Assembly: GCA_965223155.1 (NCBI GenBank)
Contig: CBDCVR010000015.1
Coordinates: 960,001-1,024,000 of the forward strand
Direction: 5' to 3'
Length of the DNA stretch: 64,000 bases
Source of the DNA: Candidatus Multivoradales bacterium
GTDB lineage: Bacteria > Acidobacteriota > Thermoanaerobaculia > Multivoradales > JAHEKO01
Numbering within the stretch: the first letter of the stretch is position 1; every line of letters begins with the position of its first letter. The notes under the pieces were generated by a model. It was given only the letters and a program-made list of their open reading frames with translations. It ran no database searches and had not been told where the DNA came from. The position numbers and the translations under genes were made by a program. Of this stretch, positions 8,908-17,532 are shown piece after piece.

Positions 8908-10234
8908 GCCCTACGCCTACCCGGCCTCGCCTTCCGGAGGCAACGTTCCGAAACTCGCCTCGATCGCCGATCCGTCAGGAAACGCCTCCGAGCGCTTCTT
9001 CTTCGACGACGCCGGCAACGAAACCTACCGCGCCACCCAGACCGCCAAGCACCGCCTGAGCTACGATGCCCTGGGACGGATGAGCCAGATCAAGACCGAC
9101 TCCGACGAGACCGCGGGGGCCCTCGTCACCCTCGCCTACGACGGCAGGAGCTTCTTGCGCCAAGCCGCCCGGAGCCCCTTTCCCGGCCAGCCCGCCACCG
9201 TCACCACCCGCCCCACCTACACCTCCGACGGGCTCTTGATGCACAAGGAGACCTCCGAGGTCTTGGGACCCGAGGATCCCCGAGGCGAGGGATCGGCAAC
9301 CAGCGACGCCTACGTCCTCTACTTCGCCGGCAGGCCGGTAGGCATCCTCGAGAACGAGACCGTGACGCCCCTGGGCGGCGGCACAACCTCGAGCTCCACG
9401 TTGACGTACTTGACCACCGACCACCTCGGCACCCCGGTGCTGGCCACCGACGACTCCGGCGCCACCATCTGGGCCGGAGGCTTCGAGCCGTTTGGAGCAG
9501 ACTGGCAGGCACAGGCCGGTACCGGGGCGAGTGAGGCGGGCGTCTTTCTGAGGTTTCCCGGGCAATGGGACGATGCGGCCTGGAGCGGGGCGGGAGCGGG
9601 GGCGGGGGCCGCTAGCGCCTCAGACCCGGGTCTCTACTACAACGTCCACAGGTGGTACGAGTACGGGACGGGGAGGTATGGGAGGGTCGATCCGCTGGGG
9701 CTTGAGGGAGGTGGCCTCAATCTCTTTCTTTACGCTACCGCCAACACTCCCCGAGTGACAGATGCGCTCGGCCTGGAGGCTAGGGTCGATCCCGCTCTCC
9801 AACCGTATGTAGACTGCGCGAAGCAGGCTCCCTTCTTTGACATGGCATGGAAGTGGCTCGAACAGTCACCCGGAATCTGGGACATCAGACCGATCGACCA
9901 AGGCCCGAACTTGCATAAGGGTCGGACTCTTCCCAGGGACAAGAACCATGGCACGCCAGATTGCAAAGCTGGTGGTCGGATCTTTCCCGACGACCGACGA
10001 CGGGAGTACTTCAGCCCTGAGGCGGCTTGCAGGCCAGTCGTTGAGTCGATCGCTCACGAAGTCATAGAGGTGTTCGCCTTCTGCTATCTGAACATGGACG
10101 ACAACGCCGCTCACACGTTTGTGGAACGCGGTGACTTTGACGACTCGGAGGATCAGTACAACCGAGGTGTCGATGATTCGACGGCTGAAATCGGCTGCAG
10201 GTCGTGCAAGTGCAAGCGTGCCCTCGGACGCTAG
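8908..10234 (+). pseudogene. Orphan Rhs module (3' core plus tip CT3 with HEVIE...H motif)
   Basis: Core homology starts abruptly at PYAYPASPSGGN (~8908) with no start codon or RBS; DALGL is followed by a unique tip. Confidence 0.75.
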
Positions 10235-10257
10235 GTGATACCGGAAGGTCGATCTGC

Positions 10258-11007
10258 ATGAGTAGCTCGCTGCATCGACTTACCCTTGCCTTTGTGCTGT
10301 TTCTTGCCTCTAGTTGGGCCCTGTACTATTTGGCTCCTCGATGGCCCTTCGTCGTCGCGTACTCCGACTTCCATTCTCTTGGCGTCCCTGATCCGATGTG
10401 GCGGTTGTCGAGGGAACCTACGGGGTGGCCGTTGACTCTGTCTCGTGGTCTGCTCTCAGGTTGTGTGGGCGGTCTCTTGAGTAGTGTGAGCCTGTTCAGG
10501 CGAGACTTGACTAAGGCTGCTGCGCTTTCGATTTCAGTCTTGCTGGTAGCGGCCGTTATGCTCCTCACATATCCACTTGCCCGCTCGCTCTGTCTGGCCG
10601 GACGCCACGACGGAGAGGCCTCGATCTTCGTAGAGTTTGGCGGCTCCCCCATTCAGCTTGAGTTGCGGAACCAGCGTTCCTCTTATGAGCTTACTGGACC
10701 GCAGCCAAACTCCTGGTTCGTTGGAGCGAAGCTATGTCAAATAGAGTTCAAGACAGGCCACGAGTCTCTGAACGTAGCCCGAGAGACCGGTCTGTTGTCA
10801 TTGCCGCCCGTCCTTGAGCTGGAGTCGACGTTTCCTCATGACTTGGTCCGAATAACGATCGTGTCTGAAGAGTACTCGAATACGGTCCTAGGGGTACGGG
10901 GTGGGGGTCGCCACAGTAGGAGAGTCAACCGCATCCTTGATCGCATGTCACGCTACACAGGGCTCGCCGACTTGAACGTGGACGACAGGTGCTCGACAGG
11001 TACCTAG
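10258..11007 (+). CDS. Membrane protein with soluble C-domain, putative immunity for CT3
   Basis: GGAAGG RBS-like sequence before ATG 10258; 2-3 N-terminal TM segments; low GC; follows CT3. Confidence 0.55.
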   Translation: MSSSLHRLTLAFVLFLASSWALYYLAPRWPFVVAYSDFHSLGVPDPMWRLSREPTGWPLTLSRGLLSGCVGGLLSSVSLFRRDLTKAAALSISVLLVAAVMLLTYPLARSLCLAGRHDGEASIFVEFGGSPIQLELRNQRSSYELTGPQPNSWFVGAKLCQIEFKTGHESLNVARETGLLSLPPVLELESTFPHDLVRITIVSEEYSNTVLGVRGGGRHSRRVNRILDRMSRYTGLADLNVDDRCSTGT

Positions 11008-11404
11008 CTCCCCATCTGCATCCCAGTGTCAAGAGCTGCCTCGAGACGTAGGTTCCACTCATTAGGCGGCGGTCTGTCAAGGGCACGGCTGTTCCTCCCG
11101 GCCTGGTCGGTCGGTTCGCGTTATGGGCAAGGTAGGTTCGGTAGCGCTTGGTTTCGGGTCTCTCGAGGTGGAGTCGATGACGCTCCATCCACTCATCAGG
11201 ATCTAGGCCGAGAGAGATTGGTGCCAGGCCTGCAAGATGCAAGCTGAGTGTACCCACCTGGGAAATCCGGTGACAGGATACCTATTTCAAGGGAAGAATC
11301 CGGCCGCAAAGGGACACTCGAAATATGTATCCTTCTATGAGTCGGTCGGTTGGCGTCAAGAGTTTCGTTTCTTCTTTTTGTAGTTTTCCTTAGGTTTGGA
11401 TCGA

Positions 11405-11589
11405 GGCTTGGGACGAGCTTCTATTCGCACTCTGTAGGGTTCTTCTTTGAACCGGTGCATGGTGAGTTTTGCGTCCGTTTAGGAATCGATGCTCCCATCT
11501 GTCACACGGTGTCGGGGCCACCAAGGATACTTTCGGAGTCATCGAACCTCTCAATCCGTCCTTGCTTGTTGGTCGTCTAGTTATCTCTT
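11405..11589 (-). ncRNA. Predicted bridge/seek RNA in the 3' non-coding end of the IS
   Basis: Two internal-loop hairpins. 11481-11549 carries GUAUCCU and GUGACAG (target matches). 11411-11476 carries AUAGAAG (donor match) and CUCACCA (5/7 donor match). Transcript ends are unknown. Confidence 0.8.
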
Positions 11590-12603
11590 CTACGCTGCCT
11601 TGGGAAAGGCTCGGAAGCTCTCACCTGTCACCCACAGCCTGTGGAGCAACACCGCGATCTTCCTAGCTAGCGCGACCACGGCCTTGCCCTTACCCAGCCT
11701 CTCGACCAGGCCCTCAGCCCATCTCTTGAGTGACGACTCTTTGCGACAGTTCAACGCCGCATGAGCTGCCTGCACCAAGAGTCTGCGCATCTCCGAGTCG
11801 CCCTCGCGAGTGATCCGGCCCCTGACCTCATGCCCTCCTGAGCTGCGAAGCGACGGTCTCAAGCCCAGACACGCTCCGACGTCGCGGCTTTTCTCGAACC
11901 GATCCGGACGATCCATCCAGCCGACGAACGCAAGGCTCACCAGAGGCCCCACACCAGGAACCGTCTGCAGCCGACGGACCAGCTCGTTTGATCTCGACTC
12001 GGAGATGAGGTCGTCTTCGAGATGGTGGATCCGATCGGTCAGCTCGCCGATTGTCGTTACCAGAGGTTCGAGCGCTCCCAACAGGCCGGCTTCGACCGAC
12101 ATCGACGCGTACCGAGCCACGAAGCTCTTCGCCGGACATGAGGGCACTCGGTAGCCCTGTGCCCGCAGCGTTCCGCGTACGGAGTTGATCAGCGAGGTCC
12201 TGGTCTTCACCAGACTCGTTCGGACCCGAAGACGCGTCCGAAGCTCTTGGGCCTCACCTGTGCGCTGGTAGACTGGTCGAAGCAAACCCAGATCCAACCG
12301 GCTCAAACGAGCCAGGATCTCGGCGTCGATTCCGTCCGTCTTCAGGGTCGATTCCGCGATCAGACGTACCCGGCGTGGATTGACCACCATCACCTCATGG
12401 CCGAGCTCAGACAGCAGTCGATAGACCCAGGGTGTGACCGGACCGCTCTCGAGCGTCACCTGCGAGCGTTCCCGATTGGCGAAGAACCTTCGCAGGCCCG
12501 TCTCGGTCGTCGGAACCCGCCGGCGAACCGTCACCTCACCGTCTTCTGATACGCCACACACCTCGCTGTACTTCGAGTGAACATCGATGCCAAGATACTC
12601 CAT
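11590..12603 (-). CDS. IS110-family DEDD recombinase/transposase (337 aa)
   Basis: YLGIDVH, TLESG and KTDGIDA (DEDD RuvC-like); C-terminal LRSSGG serine motif; AAGGAG RBS before ATG 12603. Confidence 0.95.
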   Translation of the reverse strand: MEYLGIDVHSKYSEVCGVSEDGEVTVRRRVPTTETGLRRFFANRERSQVTLESGPVTPWVYRLLSELGHEVMVVNPRRVRLIAESTLKTDGIDAEILARLSRLDLGLLRPVYQRTGEAQELRTRLRVRTSLVKTRTSLINSVRGTLRAQGYRVPSCPAKSFVARYASMSVEAGLLGALEPLVTTIGELTDRIHHLEDDLISESRSNELVRRLQTVPGVGPLVSLAFVGWMDRPDRFEKSRDVGACLGLRPSLRSSGGHEVRGRITREGDSEMRRLLVQAAHAALNCRKESSLKRWAEGLVERLGKGKAVVALARKIAVLLHRLWVTGESFRAFPKAA

Positions 12604-12681
12604 GGTCGGTCTCCTTTCTCGGCTCTGATGCCGATTCTTGGTTATCTCCAACTGGCACAGTGTCCCAGCTGGAGACCGACC
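12604..12681 (-). promoter_or_regulatory. Internal inverted repeat able to sequester the transposase RBS
   Basis: GGTCGGTCTCC (12604-12614) and GGAGACCGACC (12671-12681) are perfect 11-bp complements covering the GGAG SD. Confidence 0.6.
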
Positions 12682-12709
12682 GACTCATCTCATCTGTCAC
12701 CGAATTCGC

Positions 12710-15700
12710 CCTCGATTGCGGGCGACTGCCCGGCCTGCGGCCTCGGACCCAACAGCCAGATCTTCTACGACGACCCGGACCATCCGCTGCTCCCTACCCG
12801 CTCGATCGACGGCCGCGGCACGGTCACCGCCATGACCTACGACGGCAACGGCAGGATGACCTCGCGCACGGAGGCGCTCGGCACCCCCGAGGAGCGCACC
12901 ACGACCTGGAGCTACGACGATCCCGCCTTCCCGGCCGTCGCGACCACCATCGAGGAGCCCTCCACAACTGCTGGAGCCAGCCGCACCACCACCCTCGTTC
13001 TCGGCGCCGACGGCCACCCCACCACCCGCACCGTCTCAGGGGTCGAGGCCGCTAGCGCCTTCTCGCTGACCACCGCCACCACCTACACCCCCGAGGGCCA
13101 GGTCGCAACGATCGATCCCCCCGGCTTCGGCTCCGACGACGTCACCGGCTTGACCTATGACCCCGCCCGCGGAGGCCAGATCCCGCTTTCCCGCACCGAC
13201 CCGATCGTCGGAAGCCTTCCCAACGGCGGCGCCACCACCTTCGGCTACGACCCCTTCAACCGCAGGACCTCGGTCACCGACCCCAACGGGCTCGAGACCG
13301 TCACCGCCTACGATGCCGCCGACCGCGTGACCTCCGTCATCCAGAAGGGCGCGACCGCCGCCGAGGATCTCGTCACCGTCCATGAGTACACCCCCTTCGG
13401 CGACTTGGAGCGCACCATTCTCCCCGAAGGCAACGCCATCGAGTACGCCTACGACTCCGCCGGACGCCTGACCTCGATCGGGCGCGGCCCCGCCCCCGGG
13501 GCCCTCCTCGAAAGGACCCTCTACGAGCTCGACGCCGCCGGCAACCGCACCCGCGAGACGCTCCAGGGCTTCGACGGCTCGGCCTGGACCACCGCCTCCG
13601 AGACCGCCTACCTCTACGACTCCCGATGCCAGCTCGACAAGATCGTCCGCGCCCCCGGAACCCCCCAAGAAGCCGTCACCGAGTACCGCTACGACTGCAA
13701 CGGCAACCTCGAATCCCTCTGGGACGCCAACCACTCCTCGGCCTCCGATCCCCCGACCCAGAGCTACACCTACGACCGCCTGGACCGGTTGACCGCCATC
13801 GACCAGCCCTGGGCAACTGGGCAACCAGGAGAGATGGCAACCACCACCTACGCCTACGACGTCCAGGACCACCTCGTTGCCGTCACCGACGCCGAGGGCA
13901 ACACCACCGCCTACGTTTACTCCGACCGGGATCTTCTGACCCGCCAGGACTCCCCAGTCTCCGGGGCCTCGACCTTTGCCTACAACGACCACGGCGAGCT
14001 CGTCTCCGAAACCGACGGCCGCGGGGTCACCACCACCCGGACCATCGACGCCGCCCGCAGGGTGACCTTCGTCGATTCCGAAGAGAACGCCCTCGATACC
14101 GCCTACACGTACGACGACCCCGCCGTTGCCTTCTCGGCCGGACGCTTGACCGCTATCTCCCGCAACGGCCACTCCATCGACTACGCTTACGACCGCTTCG
14201 GACGCACCATCCAGGACGGCACCCTCGCCTACGCCTACGACACGAACGGCAACCGCACCGCAGTCACCTACCCAGGCGGCGTCACCGCCACGACCACCCA
14301 CGACTACGCCGACCGGGAGGAGACCCTGGCCGTCACGGATGGCGGCAGCGGAGGAGGCACCACCAACCTCGTGACCGCCGCCGCCTATCTCCCCTCGGGC
14401 CCCCTCACCTCCCTCGCCCTCGGCAACGGCTTGGCCGAGACCCGATCCTTCGACTCGAGGTACTTCCCGGCCGGCATCACCGTCCCCGGACGACTCGACT
14501 GGACCTACTCGACCGACACGATCGGCAACATCCTAGAGATCGCTGACACCGGAGGAGGAGGCGACCGAACCTACACCTACCAGGACGTCCACTACTTCCT
14601 CACCTCGGGCACCGGACCCTGGGGCAGCCTGGCCTTCACCTACGACAAGATCGGCAACCGGTTGTCTGAGACCCGGGACGCCGGCGGTTCTCCCCAGAAC
14701 CGGCCCTACGCCTACCCGGCTTCGCCTTCAGGAGGCAACCTCCCCAAGCTCGCCTCGATCACGGACCCCGCGGGAGACCGTCTCGAGCGCTTCTTCTTCG
14801 ACGACGCCGGCAACCAGACCTACCGCGCCACTCAGACCGCCAAGCACCGGCTGAGCTACGATGCCCTGGGACGGATGAGCCAGATCAAGACCGACTCGGA
14901 CGAGACCGCCGGGGCCCTCGTCACCCTCGCCTACGACGGCAGAAGCTTCCTCCGGGAGGCCACTCGAAGCCCCTTCCCCGGCCAGCCCGCCACCGTCACC
15001 ACCAACCCCACCTACAGCTCCGACGGGCGCCTCATGCACAAGGCGACGAGCGAGGTGCTGGGACCGGACGACCCGAGAGGCGAGGGGAGTGCCACCAGCG
15101 ACGCCTACGTCCTCTACTTCGCCGGCAGGCCGGCCGGCATCCTCGACAATGAGACCGTAATTCCACTCGGTGGACCGCCGACCAGCACCTCGACCCTCAC
15201 CTACTTGACCACCGACCACCTCGGCACCCCCGTCCTCGCCACCGACGCCAGTGGAGCCAGTACCTGGAGTGGAGGCTTTGAGCCCTTCGGGGACGACTGG
15301 CAGGCGCAGGCCGGTACCGGGGCGAGTGAGGCGGGGGTCTTTCTGAGGTTTCCCGGGCAATGGGACGATGCGGCCTGGGGCGGGGCGGGAGCGGGGGCGG
15401 GGGCCGCTAGTGCCTCAGACCCGGGCCTCTACTACAACGTCCACAGGTGGTACGAGCCGGGGACGGGGAGGTATGGGAGGGTCGATCCGCTGGGGTTGGT
15501 TGCTGATATCCATCTCTATCGCTACGCGAAGCAGGACCCCTTGACTTGGATCGATCCTCTCGGGTTGCAGCTTGTGAAACCTCCTGACATTCCGTACTTT
15601 GAGTCACCTGGCGACAGCCTACCCCCCAACTGTTCGGCTGGACCCTGGGTCTTCGATGGCTTCGGCGTTCGGAGTGGGCCTCAAAAAATCCGCTGGGTGC

Positions 15701-16014
15701 TCAGGCGCGCTCAACGAAAATGGGTGCGGATCCCACCTGCTTTTGGCATAGCACTACCAATCCCGACCGGCAGTTGTGACTGCTTCTATGTACCAGAGGG
15801 AGCGATCCGACCGAACCAAAGGCTTGAACGTTGGAAGCGTCGTCTTGAGTGCGATGGCTGCCCACTAGATGAGGAAGTGCGAGAGCGACCCGGGACCGGC
15901 CCTGAAAATGAGTGGGAGGATCGTTCTCCAGTTCTTCCGACCTCAGGCGTCCGAAAGATTTCCGCCCCTGGGTGCATTTGCCCACCAGTGCTCGATGAAA
16001 AGCTACCCTCCTAG
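12710..16014 (+). pseudogene. 5'-truncated Rhs copy C with tip CT1' (allelic variant of CT1)
   Basis: Homology to copy B starts at SIAGDCPACG, ~2 bp after the palindrome arm. The ORF-track start (12577) lies inside the IS. Frame is intact to the stop. Confidence 0.8.
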
Positions 16015-16849
16015 GATTCCTGGGCGACCTCGCCCGCACCCCATCCGAGCCCTCTACTGTCTCGCTGCGCTCTTGGCGTGGAATTGTGGGAACAACGAAA
16101 CAAGCCCCGACTTCCCTTCGGCGTTTTCGGCCCTCTATTTCAAATCCGAGCACTATGAGGTGGGAGATACCTTCGACCAGGAACTTCGTCTCCTTGCTCC
16201 GATCCGCTGGCCTGAAGCTGCGAAACTCTTTCATGAAGCATGGCGCGGCGACCCACGAGCCGGACTTGCCCTTCAACGTCTCTATGAACACAAAGGCTTT
16301 CCTACCGCAGCAGCTCTCTTCGCGCTCGCCTCACGCAACGCCATCAACGTGCCAGACCTACTGCCTGCTTGGTCACAGCTCGGGGGTGCGTCTGAGTTGT
16401 ACTCCGATCTTGAGGGTGAGGTGGCCCGAGCGGCCTTCCGTGGAGACTGTGCCAGAGCGGTCGGCCTCGCCCAACCGGTCGTACTCGACTCGGAAGTAGG
16501 CCCCAGCCTGCAACTACTCGTGGAATGGGCTCACGCAGTGGTCTGTTCGTCGAGTCGAGCTTCCAGGGACCTTCATTTCGCTAATCTGGAAGCCGCTGTT
16601 CGCATCTATTCGTCACTAGTCGCAGAAGCTAGGGTGATCCCGACCATGTACGCAAACGATCAGCTGTCAGCGTGGACGCAGCTTTCAGGGGCCCTTTCGG
16701 AGCTAGAGCAACCCGCCCTCGCAAGCGCGGCTCTTTCTCTTGGACTTCAACTGTCTCCAAAGGCAGAACCGAGTCGAACAAGACAGATAGAACGGCGCGC
16801 TCGCTACTTGAGGAAGAAAGCTGACAGGGCGCGCGACACACCCGGCTGA
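15995..16849 (+). CDS. Putative lipoprotein immunity protein for CT1'
   Basis: ATG 15995 overlaps the Rhs end; lipobox-like LAWNC; shares motifs with 2299-3078 (WP.AA.LF...W.GD..AG..L..LYE.KGF.T.AA; VEWA; LEAA.R.Y..LV). Confidence 0.65.
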   Translation: MKSYPPRIPGRPRPHPIRALYCLAALLAWNCGNNETSPDFPSAFSALYFKSEHYEVGDTFDQELRLLAPIRWPEAAKLFHEAWRGDPRAGLALQRLYEHKGFPTAAALFALASRNAINVPDLLPAWSQLGGASELYSDLEGEVARAAFRGDCARAVGLAQPVVLDSEVGPSLQLLVEWAHAVVCSSSRASRDLHFANLEAAVRIYSSLVAEARVIPTMYANDQLSAWTQLSGALSELEQPALASAALSLGLQLSPKAEPSRTRQIERRARYLRKKADRARDTPG

Positions 16850-16853
16850 GCGC

Positions 16854-17234
16854 GGCACGTCCTGGACCACCACCTCCGAGACCGCCTACCTCTACGACTC
16901 CCGATGCCGGCTCGACCGGATCGTCCGCGCCCCCGGAACCCCCCAGGAGGCCATCACCGAGTACCGCTACGACTGCAACGGCAACCTCGAGTCCCTCTGG
17001 GACGCCAACCACGACTCCGCCTCCGACCCCCCGACCCAGAGCTACACCTACGATCGGCTCGACCGCCTGACCGCCATCGCCCAGCCCTGGGCAACTGGGC
17101 AACCAGGAGAGATGGCCACCACCACCTACGCTTTATGGAACACGTTCCAGGACTGCAATCAGAAATGTGGCAAGCTATGCGGCCCGGATGAGCCTTGCTC
17201 AGATCAATTTCAGTCAGTAGCTGCAGGCAACTGA
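16854..17234 (+). pseudogene. Second copy of the Rhs fragment plus Cys-rich tip remnant
   Basis: Matches 3131-3430 at offset 13804, with ~80 bp more core sequence at the 5' side. Confidence 0.7.
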
Positions 17235-17237
17235 CAA

Positions 17238-17501
17238 ATGCGTGCTCGACCTGCTTCTTGGCTGTCTCCACGAAGTGCTGTTGTTGTGCTTGTCCTTGTA
17301 TTCCTCGCCGGCTGTTGGTGGCGTATGGGACTGCTAGAGAAGGCTCTCGTCCTTCGCGATGTGGTCGGCATTGAAGTGGAGAAGCTGGACACAGCGCTGG
17401 ATCGCGTGTGGTTTGTGGTTGGCTCGCCTTTGGCGTTCCTGGCTATTGGCCTGGCACTCTTGGGACTAGCGCACATCCTGCTTCGTGTTCTGTCTAGATA
17501 A
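17238..17501 (+). CDS. Small two-TM membrane protein (duplicate of 3434-3697)
   Basis: Identical translation. Confidence 0.55.
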   Translation: MRARPASWLSPRSAVVVLVLVFLAGCWWRMGLLEKALVLRDVVGIEVEKLDTALDRVWFVVGSPLAFLAIGLALLGLAHILLRVLSR

Positions 17502-17532
17502 GCGTCGCTGCTCGTGGAGTGATGCTCTTTAG

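Larger units (their letters stand above)
11334..12695 (-). mobile_element. IS110-family, IS1111-type insertion sequence
   Basis: Perfect 14-bp subterminal inverted repeats ATGAGTCGGTCGGT (11337-11350) and ACCGACCGACTCAT (12675-12688), 3 and 7 bp from the ends. CT core at both junctions (11332-11333, 12694-12695). Removing the element restores the palindrome. Confidence 0.92.
11263..12707. repeat. REP-like palindrome interrupted by the IS
   Basis: Left arm 11263-11288 AAATCCGGTGACAGGATACCTATTTC. Right arm rebuilt from 11320-11333 plus 12696-12707 is GAAATATGTATCCTGTCACCGAATTC. 23/26 complementary, 31-nt loop. Confidence 0.8.

Noticed and set aside
11263-11333. Integron attC interpretation of the palindrome
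   Set aside because: No RYYYAAC/GTTRRRY ends, no integrase, and no similar site after the other cassettes.
12577-12709. N-terminal extension of the 1145-aa ORF suggesting an IS-Rhs fusion protein
   Set aside because: It is antisense IS-end sequence with no RBS; a chance open frame.
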